60,440 nt of DNA from Candidatus Elulimicrobium sp. (GTDB lineage Bacteria; Patescibacteriota; Minisyncoccia; Phycocordibacterales; UBA918): positions 1 to 60,440 of the forward strand of contig DYNY01000006.1 of assembly GCA_020720815.1 (NCBI GenBank), read 5' to 3'. Under the pieces are notes generated by a model. The model searched no databases, was not told the DNA's origin, and worked only from the letters and a program-made list of their open reading frames with translations. This document shows, in pieces, positions 47,133-57,244 of the stretch. The first letter of the stretch is position 1, and the number at the start of each line of letters is the position of its first letter. A program made the position numbers and the translations under genes.

Positions 47133-47834
47133 ATGTTGTTTGTCCATAAAGAAATTATTTTATTACTTACGGCCGAAGCCGGTACTGGTAACCAAGCGCA
47201 GTCTAGTTCCAGCTACACCGGAAGCCAGCACTTTTTTTACGCGGTACCAGTGCTAAAACGAAGGGTTATTATTAAGGCGGTAATTAAAAACCACCAGGCC
47301 AAAGAGTTGTTGGTGTTAGCCGACTCACTATTTAAGGGTCGTTCCCATGAGGAGAAAACAATGGGTGCCATGATTCTGACTTACCGCGAGGACGTCCGTC
47401 AGCTTTGCGATTTTTCAACCCTTGATAGTTGGCTTTCGGAGCTAGTGGGATGGGCGGAAATAGATGCTTTCTGTGGCGGTACTTTCAAAGCGGATGAGCT
47501 ACTAGCAAAACTTAAACCCTGGAAGCAATTTATTTGTACGTTAGCTCATGATGCAAATATTAATAAGCGGAGAGCCGCTTTAGTATTTCTAGTACACCCT
47601 ACCTCCCATACTGATGATGAGCGACTTCATGCCTTAGCTTTCAAACTCATCTTACAATTAGCGCCGGAGAAAGATATTCTGATTACCAAAGCTATCTCTT
47701 GGCTTTTGCGTAGCCAGATTGATACCAGGAAAAGCGTCGTGGCTGACTTTATAAAAACTTATGAAGGTGAATTGCCCAAAATAGCGGTACGGGAAACCAA
47801 GCATAAGCTTTTGACAGGGAAGAAGAATAAATAA
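47133..47834 (+). CDS. DNA alkylation repair protein (AlkD-like)
   Basis: WAEID, KRRAALV, ITKAISWLLR, AVRE. Confidence 0.8.
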   Translation: MLFVHKEIILLLTAEAGTGNQAQSSSSYTGSQHFFYAVPVLKRRVIIKAVIKNHQAKELLVLADSLFKGRSHEEKTMGAMILTYREDVRQLCDFSTLDSWLSELVGWAEIDAFCGGTFKADELLAKLKPWKQFICTLAHDANINKRRAALVFLVHPTSHTDDERLHALAFKLILQLAPEKDILITKAISWLLRSQIDTRKSVVADFIKTYEGELPKIAVRETKHKLLTGKKNK

Positions 47835-47836
47835 AT

Positions 47837-48154
47837 ATGAGCCAAGCCAAGAAACTTAAAACTTATACGATGACCGAAAAGGTCGGTCGCTACCCGAGTG
47901 AAACCGCTACCTGGTATTTAGTGGAAATACCAAAAAAGATTGGTCAGGAAATTTACACCAATTTTGGACAATTTCATAAAGGTTTTGGTTCGTTGCCGGT
48001 CCTGGCTACTATAGGTGCAACAGCTTGGCGAACGTCTATCTTTCGCTCCAAACGTACTAATACCTACATGTTCTTTCTCAAGGTGGCTATTCGCAAAAAG
48101 GAAAATATAGAAGCTGGTGATAAGATTACTTTTAGTATCAAAATTGATTGCTAA
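47837..48154 (+). CDS. DUF1905 family protein
   Basis: GFGSLPVLATIG...WRTSIF, K.AIRKKE.I..GD. Confidence 0.8.
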   Translation: MSQAKKLKTYTMTEKVGRYPSETATWYLVEIPKKIGQEIYTNFGQFHKGFGSLPVLATIGATAWRTSIFRSKRTNTYMFFLKVAIRKKENIEAGDKITFSIKIDC

Positions 48155-48187
48155 ATGTATATATATATTGTATATACTTAAATACAT

Positions 48188-48430
48188 ATGGGAACTAAAA
48201 TTCAAAAATGGGGAAATAGCTTGGGGGTAAGGTTACCAAAAGTTGTTACTGATGCACAGTCACTTAAAGCGGGATCCATGGTTAAAGTTAGTTCAGATGC
48301 TCAAAAGATTGTCATTGAGATAATCAAAACACATAGTCCAAGGATTCAAGATTTGGTTGCCAATATTACAGATGATAATAAGCACGAAACAGTAGACTGG
48401 GGAATGCCCCAAGATAAAGAAATATGGTAA
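48188..48430 (+). CDS. mazE: AbrB/MazE antitoxin
   Basis: IQKWGNSLGVRLP, N.H..VDWG.P...EIW. Confidence 0.92.
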   Translation: MGTKIQKWGNSLGVRLPKVVTDAQSLKAGSMVKVSSDAQKIVIEIIKTHSPRIQDLVANITDDNKHETVDWGMPQDKEIW

Positions 48431-48756
48431 ATAAATATATTCCAGCGGCTGGAGATATTGTTTGGATAGATTTTAACCCTACCAAAGGGCATGAACAGGC
48501 AAAACTCCGGCCAGCCCTGGTTCTTTCGCCAGACATTTACAATAAGAAGACAGGTATGGCTGTTATGTGTCCGATTACTTCACAAGTTAAATCATATCCC
48601 TTTGAGGTCTTACTCAAAAATAAGAAAATTACCGGCACTGTGCTAGTTGACCAGATCCGGTCTCTGGATTGGAAAGCAAGAGGAGTTAAGTACTGTAAAG
48701 CATCAGCTGTTGTATTGAGTGAAGTTCGTGAAAAATTATCGGCACTTATTCTTTAA
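48424..48756 (+). CDS. mazF: MazF/PemK endoribonuclease toxin
   Basis: GDIVWIDFNPTKGHEQAKLRPALVLS, CPITS, DQIRSLDW. Confidence 0.95.
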   Translation: MVNKYIPAAGDIVWIDFNPTKGHEQAKLRPALVLSPDIYNKKTGMAVMCPITSQVKSYPFEVLLKNKKITGTVLVDQIRSLDWKARGVKYCKASAVVLSEVREKLSALIL

Positions 48757-48765
48757 GTAATTTTT

Positions 48766-49416
48766 ATGAAACTATTATTAACATCAGCGGGCTTACGTAA
48801 TGATGCGATTAAAGATGCCCTTGTATCTCTTGTCGGTAAACCACTAAGCGAGACAAAAGTATTATTCGTTACCACGGCGGCTAATACCGGCTCTGATGAT
48901 AAGCGCTGGTTGGTAGAAGATATGAATCGTTTTATCGAGGCGGGAGTTGGAGTTATAGATATTTTAGATTTTGCTGGTCTACCCTTAGAGGTAATATTGC
49001 CTCATTTTGAAAGAGCCGATGTCATTTGTGTTGGTGGAGGAGATGAGCGGTATCTAGCTAGAATGTTTGAAGCTCATAACTTTGCCAAGTTGCTACCTGA
49101 GTGGTTAAAGTTCAAAGTTTATATGGGAATAAGTGCTGGAAGCATGGTACTTGGACAGTATCTAGTGCCAGCTTTAGGGGCTCAAATATTTCTTGAAGAA
49201 GACTTTGGCAATACAGAAGGTGAGGGTCTCGATCTTGTCCCGTTTGCCTACATTCCACATTTGAACTCCTCATTCTTCTCACTCAGAAAAGAAAGACTTG
49301 AGGGAATGAAAGATAAATTCACTATTCCAGTCTATGCGACCGATGACGAGACGGCACTGATGATTGTGGAAGGACAGATCACTAAAGTCGGTCATGGTGA
49401 ATTTATAAGATATTAA
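48766..49416 (+). CDS. peptidase S51 (peptidase E-like)
   Basis: LLLTSAG, VGGG, GISAGS, IPH. Confidence 0.88.
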   Translation: MKLLLTSAGLRNDAIKDALVSLVGKPLSETKVLFVTTAANTGSDDKRWLVEDMNRFIEAGVGVIDILDFAGLPLEVILPHFERADVICVGGGDERYLARMFEAHNFAKLLPEWLKFKVYMGISAGSMVLGQYLVPALGAQIFLEEDFGNTEGEGLDLVPFAYIPHLNSSFFSLRKERLEGMKDKFTIPVYATDDETALMIVEGQITKVGHGEFIRY

Positions 49417-49447
49417 CCCGGCTTTTGTGAAAGATCAGAGGCAGTAA

Positions 49448-51520
49448 TTAGATAGATCGTTGTTTGAAAATTTTCGCTATCGCTAACGAGACGATGAAAA
49501 TGACTACAGATAAAATAATAAACTTGCTATCAATCGCCTCGGTAGTGATACCGTCTTTTAAGAATTCTTCCACACTAAGTGAGGCACCAATAGCTACGAA
49601 AGTGGTGATGCCAAGTAGGGTTCCCAAAATGGTGGCTATCAAATACGGAGTAAAAGGGACGCGGAATAATCCAGCTCCATAATTGACCATATCAAACGGA
49701 AAAAAAGTCAGGCGCATGGTCAGGATAGTGAGGAAGGGGTGTTTCTGTAGCGGAGCTGTCCACTTTGCTAGTAAGGATTTTTTGTCAGTATTTGATTGAC
49801 TGAAGAAACGACCAACGCCATAGGCGAGCATGGCTGAGAGGTTGGCACCAATGATAGTGTAGATAATGCCAAAGAGGCCGAAGAAAACACCGGAGAGAAT
49901 AGTGAGGGCAGTACCAGGGAAGAAAGTCAGTGGTCTAATGGCGTAAGCAAGGATATATAAGAGGGGTCCCCAATAAGTGCTGGTAATAAAATCAAATAAG
50001 CGGACCGTTAATTCGGTCACGGTAAAGCCGTAGGTTTCTTTGTAGTTATAGAGGGCGTATAGAGCTGATAACCAGAGTAGCGCCACCACTATTTTGGGCA
50101 GAGCTTTTTTAAATACATTTAGTAAGTCAGCTTTAAGCGAAGAAAATTGCTCTGCTAGGAAATAATCCCCGGCGCGCTTTAGGATAAGTGAATAGGTCGG
50201 GTAGGCGAAAATAGTCGAACGTAGTTTATAGAGAGAAATATCATTAGCCATGGCTAGAGTGAGAGTACCAATCAGTTCCCCGGCGCGTGGCCCAATAATG
50301 TGTGCTCCAAGGATAGTGCCGGATAGTCGCTTGGCAATGATGATTAGAAGACCACTTGTTTTATCATCAGTTCGAGCTCTATCATTGGCGCTAAAGGGTA
50401 CCTCAACGCGCCTGATATTTTCCTCACCGTACTCTTGTTTTGCTTCAGTCCAGGAAAGACCGACTTGGCCAATTTCTGGGTTGGTGTAAGTGACTTTCGG
50501 GACTAGTTTTTCTTGTGGTGAAATCAATCCTTTACTTAATATATGAGTTATGACTTGGCGGGCGGTATCATCGGCCACGTGGGTAAATTTTAGTCGAGCC
50601 GATACATCCCCTAAAGCGTAGATACTTTTGTTAGTCGTGCGCCAACTACTATCAACTGTGATACCAAAGTTAGTACTTAAGATACCGGCCTCGGTTAGAC
50701 CTTGAGGTAGATTTGGTACACGACCAACTGCAACTAAAACTTTTGTAAAAGGTATTTGCTTGGTGGTGGTCACTGCACCAGACTCGTTCTTTATTTCCAC
50801 TTCAGCTGCCTCTCCCTTTACTTGTTTTACACTAGCGTTAGTTAAGATAGTGATACCAAGGTCGGTAAAAGCTTTGGTGATGATGGGGCCTATAGCTTCG
50901 TCTTCTAAGCGAGCGAAGCGTGGTCCGTTCTCAATGATAGTGACCTGGCTTCCGAGCATGGTCAATGCTTGTCCCATCTCCATCCCAATTGGTCCACCAC
51001 CAATAATCAGAGTCTTGGCCGGTGTTTCACTCAACGTAAAAATATTTTGGTTGGTGAGAATGTATTCTGGAGCTAAACCAGGGATAGAGAGTGGTCGAGG
51101 TGATGATCCGGTAGAGATGATAGCTTGCTTGAAAAGATAAATATTTTCATCTATCTGGAGTGTGTGATGGCTAGTAAAAATTCCCTCTCCCAAAACCACA
51201 TCAATACCCAGGTGTTTAAAATGTTCTGGCGTTTCATCGACTAATATCTCGGCAATTTTACCTCGAACATATTCCCAAGCATTCAATCGATAGGTTTCAC
51301 TGTCTTCAGTTTTGCCCGTCACTTTTATCGCCGAGGCATAGGTTTTGGCATGGTGTAGCAGAGCTTTGCTGGGGATGCAGCCAGAGTTGGTGCATTCACC
51401 ACCGAGATGTGTCTTCTCTACTAGTAAAACTTTTTTACCTAACTTAGCTAAAGCGACAGCGCTGGTTAATCCCCCTGACCCTGCTCCTACTACCACTACC
51501 TCATATTTTGTGACTGACAT
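49448..51520 (-). CDS. pyridine nucleotide-disulfide oxidoreductase fused to a C-terminal VTT/DedA domain
   Basis: GAGSGG, GGECTNSGCIPSK, GGGPIG, AYPT; C-terminus RPLTFFP, RLTFFPFDMVNYGAG. Confidence 0.88.
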   Translation of the reverse strand: MSVTKYEVVVVGAGSGGLTSAVALAKLGKKVLLVEKTHLGGECTNSGCIPSKALLHHAKTYASAIKVTGKTEDSETYRLNAWEYVRGKIAEILVDETPEHFKHLGIDVVLGEGIFTSHHTLQIDENIYLFKQAIISTGSSPRPLSIPGLAPEYILTNQNIFTLSETPAKTLIIGGGPIGMEMGQALTMLGSQVTIIENGPRFARLEDEAIGPIITKAFTDLGITILTNASVKQVKGEAAEVEIKNESGAVTTTKQIPFTKVLVAVGRVPNLPQGLTEAGILSTNFGITVDSSWRTTNKSIYALGDVSARLKFTHVADDTARQVITHILSKGLISPQEKLVPKVTYTNPEIGQVGLSWTEAKQEYGEENIRRVEVPFSANDRARTDDKTSGLLIIIAKRLSGTILGAHIIGPRAGELIGTLTLAMANDISLYKLRSTIFAYPTYSLILKRAGDYFLAEQFSSLKADLLNVFKKALPKIVVALLWLSALYALYNYKETYGFTVTELTVRLFDFITSTYWGPLLYILAYAIRPLTFFPGTALTILSGVFFGLFGIIYTIIGANLSAMLAYGVGRFFSQSNTDKKSLLAKWTAPLQKHPFLTILTMRLTFFPFDMVNYGAGLFRVPFTPYLIATILGTLLGITTFVAIGASLSVEEFLKDGITTEAIDSKFIILSVVIFIVSLAIAKIFKQRSI

Positions 51521-51598
51521 GTAAATTATATAGTACTCTGCCAGACTAAAAAACTGTAGTCTTAAGTAAGGATAAAAAGTGTGGCATACTAAAGTAAT

Positions 51599-53026
51599 AT
51601 GACTGTATTTTTAGATGATTTGATGCTTAAAAAGGCTTCTTTGCCACCCACCAGTATCGTGATATTTGGTGGTACTGGTGATTTGGCTGAAACTAAACTA
51701 TATCCAGCTTTACTTGATCTTTATGTTCATGGCGCTCTACCCAATCAATTTAGAATTATTGGTATTTCACGCAAAGCCCTCTCGCCTGAAGAATATCATG
51801 AGTTTGTCAAAAAAAGTCTGGAGAAAAAAATTAGTAGCTATGAACAGTCAGTAGTGGCTCAATTTTGCCAGCATATTGAGTATCTTGCGGGAGACTTTGG
51901 TCTGGCTTCAACTTATAGCGAGCTATTATCTTTGTTAAAGGAATTTGATGGTGAAGTGATGCAGTGCACCAACAAGCTTTTTTACCTAGCGGTACCACCG
52001 CAGTTATATAGTGGAATATTTAAATATCTAGATGAGTCTGGCTTAATGCGAACCTGTGATGGAGTTCTATCTTGGGCGCGCATTTTGGTTGAAAAGCCGT
52101 TTGGTAGAGATCTTATGACAGCGGAAATACTTGAAGAAGAACTTTGTTCAAGGTTTGACGAAGAACAAATTTATCGTATTGATCATTATCTGGCCAAGGA
52201 TTCGATTGAAAATATTATCGCGCTTCGCTTTGCTAACACTATATTGTCCGACTCTTGGTACAATGGGCAAGTGGAGTCCATCGCCATTCGTTTGCTTGAA
52301 AAAAAAGACGTTGCCAATCGTGGTTCATTTTATGACGGGGTGGGTGCTTTACGAGATGTAGGACAAAATCACGTACTACAAATTTTGGCTTTATTGACCA
52401 TGACACCCAGTGATATTTCCACTGTTAGTGCGATACGGGCCGCTAGGGCAGAAGTATTGGAGAGCCTACTGCCACCTACTTATGTGATTAAGGGTCAATA
52501 CAAAGATTTCACTAAAACAATTGGAGTAGCGTCAGATTCTCTTACAGAGACATACTTTAAAATTAAGACCGAACTTTCTTCTTCTCGATGGTCTGGTGTA
52601 CCAATAACACTTGAAGCAGGGAAAGCACTAGATAAAAATATTAATGAAGTGGTAGTGACATTTCGTCCGCAGGTAAATTGGCAAAGAGAAACTGAACCAC
52701 ATGTAAAAGATCACCGTAATGTTTTGACTATGCAATTCTCGCCAGAACAACGCATCACTCTTTCGGTTTGGGTGAAGAAGCCGGGGTTTACCTTTGCACT
52801 AGAGGAAAGAGTGCTAGAGCTAATTCGAAGTGAGGCGGTGGATGCCTATTCCCCGGAGGCTTATGAGCGAGTACTATATGATTGTATTGCGGGAGATCAA
52901 ACCAGATTTGTCAGTGGTGCCGAGGTGATGGCTGCGTGGAAATTTATTACCCCACTTTTACAAACTGACAATATTCCTTTGTTTTCTTATGAAGTCGGAG
53001 CGCAGTGGTCTGATAGTCTAAATTAA
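51599..53026 (+). CDS. zwf: glucose-6-phosphate dehydrogenase
   Basis: FGGTGDLA, EKPFG, YRIDHYLAK, RDVGQNH. Confidence 0.96.
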   Translation: MTVFLDDLMLKKASLPPTSIVIFGGTGDLAETKLYPALLDLYVHGALPNQFRIIGISRKALSPEEYHEFVKKSLEKKISSYEQSVVAQFCQHIEYLAGDFGLASTYSELLSLLKEFDGEVMQCTNKLFYLAVPPQLYSGIFKYLDESGLMRTCDGVLSWARILVEKPFGRDLMTAEILEEELCSRFDEEQIYRIDHYLAKDSIENIIALRFANTILSDSWYNGQVESIAIRLLEKKDVANRGSFYDGVGALRDVGQNHVLQILALLTMTPSDISTVSAIRAARAEVLESLLPPTYVIKGQYKDFTKTIGVASDSLTETYFKIKTELSSSRWSGVPITLEAGKALDKNINEVVVTFRPQVNWQRETEPHVKDHRNVLTMQFSPEQRITLSVWVKKPGFTFALEERVLELIRSEAVDAYSPEAYERVLYDCIAGDQTRFVSGAEVMAAWKFITPLLQTDNIPLFSYEVGAQWSDSLN

Positions 53027-53032
53027 AATAAT

Positions 53033-53950
53033 ATGAATAATAATAATGGAAAGGTAATTGGTTTTATCGGACTCGGTCGCATGGGTCTAAACATGGCTAC
53101 TTTGCTTGTGGAAAAAGGTTATCGCGTGGTTGGTTATAATCGGAGTGAAGAAGCCAGGATAGCAGCTAAGGCGGTCGGAGTAGAAGTGGTTGACGACATT
53201 AGCTCGTTGATAACGGCTTTACCATTACCCAAGGTAGTTTGGGTAATGGTTTCAAGTAGTGCAGTTGACGCTGTGCTTAATGAACTAACGCCACAACTTT
53301 CACCGGGGGATACTATTATTGATGGTGGTAATAGTTTTTATAAAGATTCAATACGACGTCATAAGGCGCTAAAAGAAAAAGAATTAAAGTTTTTGGATTG
53401 TGGTACTTCCGGAGGTATGGATGGAGCTCGTCATGGCGCATCAATTATGGTCGGAGGGAGGCCTGAAGTATTTGCGGAGCATGAGCACATCTTTGCTTCA
53501 TTGGCGACAAAGGACGGTTACGCTCGAGTGGGTAATGAAGGGGCTGGGCATTTTGTAAAAATGATCCATAACGGTATTGAATACGGCATGATGGGTGCTA
53601 TTGCTGAAGGAATGACTATTCTACATGAACATGAGGAGGAATTTGGTATTAAGCTAGAGGAAGTCTTCAAACCCTACGAACACGAAAGTATTATCACGAG
53701 TAAGCTTGTTTCATGGCTTAAGAAAGCTTATGACGAAGGACAGATAGATTTAATTACCGGAGAAGTCCCTAGAGGAGAGACTGAAAGTGAGATGGAGCAC
53801 ATAGTTACTTTGGGCGATGTGAAAGTACTAGAGGGTGCTTTGGCTCAAAGAAAAGCGACTCGCGAAAAAGCTTCATACCTAGGTAAATTAATAGCCGCGA
53901 TGCGTAACCAATTTGGTGGCCATTCGGTAATTAAGCGTGAGGCAAAATAA
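53033..53950 (+). CDS. gnd: 6-phosphogluconate dehydrogenase (short form)
   Basis: GLGRMG, IDGGNS, GTSGG, GHFVKMIHNGIEYG, AMRNQFGGH. Confidence 0.94.
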   Translation: MNNNNGKVIGFIGLGRMGLNMATLLVEKGYRVVGYNRSEEARIAAKAVGVEVVDDISSLITALPLPKVVWVMVSSSAVDAVLNELTPQLSPGDTIIDGGNSFYKDSIRRHKALKEKELKFLDCGTSGGMDGARHGASIMVGGRPEVFAEHEHIFASLATKDGYARVGNEGAGHFVKMIHNGIEYGMMGAIAEGMTILHEHEEEFGIKLEEVFKPYEHESIITSKLVSWLKKAYDEGQIDLITGEVPRGETESEMEHIVTLGDVKVLEGALAQRKATREKASYLGKLIAAMRNQFGGHSVIKREAK

Positions 53951-53952
53951 GT

Positions 53953-54669
53953 ATGGAGATTATTCGTAGAGATATGCCGGCGATGGCGGCCGGTGAGGTC
54001 ATGACAAAATTGCTAGTCCAATATAAAGACACGCCTGTTTTATTATTACTTTCCGGTGGCTCGGCTTTTTCAATTTTGGAAAATATCCCTGCCTACGTAT
54101 TGGATTCCCGGATTACACTAGGAGTACTTGATGAGCGTTATGACACTGATGAGTCCATTAATAATTTTATTCAGCTAAGTAAGACAGCTTTTTTTAACCG
54201 GGCGGTTCAATCTGGCTGTTTCTATATTGATACGCACGTAGAGTCCGGTGAGACTCTACAAAACCTTGGTTTACGTTTTAATCACATCTTAAGTAAATGG
54301 CGAGAAGATAATCCGGGTGGAGTGGTGTTGATTACTCTTGGCTTGGGTCAGGATGGTCATACCGCCGGTCTTATGCCTGGGTATGTGGAAGAGGTGAGTT
54401 GGTCTGGAGTCTTGGCGATGGGTTATGAAGTTGATACTTTGGTTAATCCATATACCAAACGCGTTACAGTTACGCCACGTTTTCTTAAAACTGAGGTCAC
54501 CGGGGCAATTGCCTATGTAGCCGGAGCTTCGAAGTGTTCAGTTTTGAATCAGCTTCTTTCAGCTGAGGGTGAGATTGAGATTTGTCCGGCTTTACTCTGG
54601 CACTCTATACGCGGACTTACCATTGTTACCGACTGCCAAGAGGGTAATTATTCTACTCTTTCAACATAA
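53953..54669 (+). CDS. pgl: 6-phosphogluconolactonase
   Basis: LSGGS, DERY, GLGQDGHTA; in the zwf-gnd operon. Confidence 0.82.
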   Translation: MEIIRRDMPAMAAGEVMTKLLVQYKDTPVLLLLSGGSAFSILENIPAYVLDSRITLGVLDERYDTDESINNFIQLSKTAFFNRAVQSGCFYIDTHVESGETLQNLGLRFNHILSKWREDNPGGVVLITLGLGQDGHTAGLMPGYVEEVSWSGVLAMGYEVDTLVNPYTKRVTVTPRFLKTEVTGAIAYVAGASKCSVLNQLLSAEGEIEICPALLWHSIRGLTIVTDCQEGNYSTLST

Positions 54670-54731
54670 ACCATTTGCGGAGGGCGGATATTGGGGCGGT
54701 GGGCGAAGCAAATGGTTTGATGTTGGAAGAG
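54656..54731. repeat. long inverted repeat with G-rich loop
   Basis: CTCTTTCAACATAAACCATTTGC ... GCAAATGGTTTgATGTTGGAAGAG. Confidence 0.6.
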
Positions 54732-54752
54732 GGCGAGACTATCTGTAATCGG

Positions 54753-54995
54753 TTGCTGATTACCCATAAATACCGTATAGTTACGCGCAAACAAGGAACG
54801 GGTAGATAATAATAGTACTATTATTTACGATGTTTCGCGTACGTTGGTTTTTGTTTTACCCTTAGACAAAAGCCGAAGCGCTAATGAATACAGGGCGAAA
54901 TAATGTCCATTAGGGTATTTTTTCGTCCAGTATTCATTAAAATGAATGGTAAGTGGTATTTAATATTTAATATATAGTAGATAGTAGATAAATTT
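54753..54995 (+). promoter_or_regulatory. fusA promoter and structured leader
   Basis: TTGCTG-17-TATAGT; hairpins at 54782-54841 and 54882-54939. Confidence 0.55.
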
Positions 54996-57167
54996 ATGGC
55001 ACGAGAATTTCCAGTAAGTCGTATGCGAAACTTCGGTATCGTAGCGCACGTAGATGCAGGTAAAACCACGACTTCAGAGCGTGTACTCTTCTATACCGGT
55101 ATGAGTCACAAGATTGGTGAAGTGCACGATGGCGCCACAGTCACTGACTGGATGGAGCAAGAGCGTGAACGTGGTATCACTATTACCGCGGCCGCTATTT
55201 CTTGTAATTGGTCAAAGACCGATGTGGCTGATCGAAAAGATCGATCACAAATGTATAACTTTAACATTATAGATACTCCAGGACACATAGACTTTACGGC
55301 TGAAGTAAAGCGTTCAATGCGTGTGCTCGATGGTGCGGTAGTAGTATTTGACTCAGTAGCAGGTGTAGAGCCACAATCAGAAACCAACTGGGGTTATGCT
55401 GACGAGGCTGGAGTGCCACGTATTTGTTTCATCAATAAGATGGACCGCCTAGGAGCTAGTTTTGAAAAGTCTTACGCAAGTATTTTGGATCGTCTATCCA
55501 AAAAAGCTGTGCGTATTCAATTACCATGGGGAGCTGAAGATAATTTCCAAGGAGTAATTGACTTAATCAAGATGAAGGCTTTTGTATTTGAAGGTGAGAT
55601 GGGCACAACTGTCCGTGCTGTAGAGATACCTGAAGAACTCAAGGCAGATGCTGAAAAATATCGAGCTGAGCTTATTGAACGAGTAGTTGAACATGATGAT
55701 GTTTTGATGGAGGCTTACCTTTCTGGTACTTTGCCCACCAACGAACAATTGATGGTTACTCTTCGTAAGGCAGTATTAGCGAACGAGCTTTTCCCAGTAA
55801 TGACTGGTTCAGCCCTTAAGAATATTGGTGTACAACTAGTATTAGATGGTGTGGTTGATTATCTACCAGCGCCAACTGACTTACCACCAGTTAAAGGAAT
55901 TAATCCAAAGGATGATAGTGAAGTAACTCGGCTACCAGATGATTCTGAACCTTTTTGTGCTTTGGCTTTTAAATTGCAGACCGATCCATTTGTGGGACAA
56001 CTTACTTTCTTCCGGGTGTATTCCGGAGTAGTAAAGGCGGGAAGCTATATCTACAATGCCACCACCGGTGAAAAAGAACGTTTGGGTCGTATCGTACGAT
56101 TGATGGCCGACAAGCGAACTGAAATTGAAGAAGTGTACGCTGGAGAAATCGCTGCTGGAGTAGGTCTTAAGGAAGTGAAAACCTCGCACACACTTTGTGA
56201 TGAAGCCAATCCAATTATTCTTGAACAAATTAAATTCCCCGAACCGGTGGTAGCTCTCCGGGTCGAACCAAAAACTAAGGGTGACCAAGAGCGTATGGGT
56301 GTAGCTCTTAAGAAGTTGGCAGATGAAGATCCAACTTTTAAAGTGTCTACAGATGAAGAAACGATGGAGACTATTATTGCTGGTATGGGTGAACTTCACT
56401 TGGAAATTCTTGTTGACCGTATGAAGCGTGAGTTTAATGTGGAGGCAAATGTAGGTGCACCACAAGTAGCTTACCGAGAAACCATTCAGCGTGAAGCCGA
56501 GGCCGAATACAAATACGTTAAGCAGTCTGGTGGCCGTGGACAGTATGGTCACGTTAAGATACGGATTCGCCCAATGAAACCTCTAGAAGAAGGAGAGACT
56601 GTGAAAAAGAACATAACCCGCGAAGATCATTACGAATTCATCAACAATATTAAGGGAGGAGTTATTCCGGGTGAATTTATTCCAGCGGTTATGAAGGGAT
56701 GTAAAGAGGCGATGGCGCGTGGTTTCGTAGCTGGTTATAAGATGGAAGATATTTCAGTTGAGTTATTTGATGGTAGTTTCCATGATGTTGACTCATCAGA
56801 AATTGCCTTTAAATTGGCTGCTATACATGCTTTTAAGGAAGCAGCTGCTAAGGCCGGAGCAGTGCTATTGGAACCAGTAATGAAAGTCGAGGTGCGTACA
56901 CCAGAACAATTCATGGGTGATGTTAATGGAAACATTTCTAGTAAGCGTGGTCAGGTGGAGGGTATGGGTGATATCGGTGATAAGAAAGTTATTACTGCTA
57001 AGGTACCACTATCAGAGATGTTTGGTTACACCAACATGCTCCGCTCAATGACTCAAGGACGTGCATCAATGATGATGGAATTTCATCATTACGATGTCGT
57101 TCCACCAAACGTTGCTAACGAAATTAAAAAGAACCGTGGAGTGAAGGATGTAGAGACAGAAGAATAA
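54996..57167 (+). CDS. fusA: elongation factor G
   Basis: AHVDAGKTT, ERGITI, DTPGH, NKMD, GMGELHL, KQSGGRGQYG. Confidence 0.98.
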   Translation: MAREFPVSRMRNFGIVAHVDAGKTTTSERVLFYTGMSHKIGEVHDGATVTDWMEQERERGITITAAAISCNWSKTDVADRKDRSQMYNFNIIDTPGHIDFTAEVKRSMRVLDGAVVVFDSVAGVEPQSETNWGYADEAGVPRICFINKMDRLGASFEKSYASILDRLSKKAVRIQLPWGAEDNFQGVIDLIKMKAFVFEGEMGTTVRAVEIPEELKADAEKYRAELIERVVEHDDVLMEAYLSGTLPTNEQLMVTLRKAVLANELFPVMTGSALKNIGVQLVLDGVVDYLPAPTDLPPVKGINPKDDSEVTRLPDDSEPFCALAFKLQTDPFVGQLTFFRVYSGVVKAGSYIYNATTGEKERLGRIVRLMADKRTEIEEVYAGEIAAGVGLKEVKTSHTLCDEANPIILEQIKFPEPVVALRVEPKTKGDQERMGVALKKLADEDPTFKVSTDEETMETIIAGMGELHLEILVDRMKREFNVEANVGAPQVAYRETIQREAEAEYKYVKQSGGRGQYGHVKIRIRPMKPLEEGETVKKNITREDHYEFINNIKGGVIPGEFIPAVMKGCKEAMARGFVAGYKMEDISVELFDGSFHDVDSSEIAFKLAAIHAFKEAAAKAGAVLLEPVMKVEVRTPEQFMGDVNGNISSKRGQVEGMGDIGDKKVITAKVPLSEMFGYTNMLRSMTQGRASMMMEFHHYDVVPPNVANEIKKNRGVKDVETEE

Positions 57168-57189
57168 TTATTGAAATACCTCGAGAAGC

Positions 57190-57227
57190 TACAAAAGCGC
57201 GACCCCGTAAGGGGTCGCGCTTTTGTA
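57190..57227 (+). terminator. fusA terminator
   Basis: 17-bp perfect stem, GTAA loop, T tail. Confidence 0.8.
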
Positions 57228-57244
57228 ATAGAATAAAAAAGAAA

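Noticed and set aside
49448-51520. Mercuric reductase (merA) call
   Set aside because: No C-terminal Cys-Cys pair, no N-terminal metal-binding domain and no mer genes nearby.
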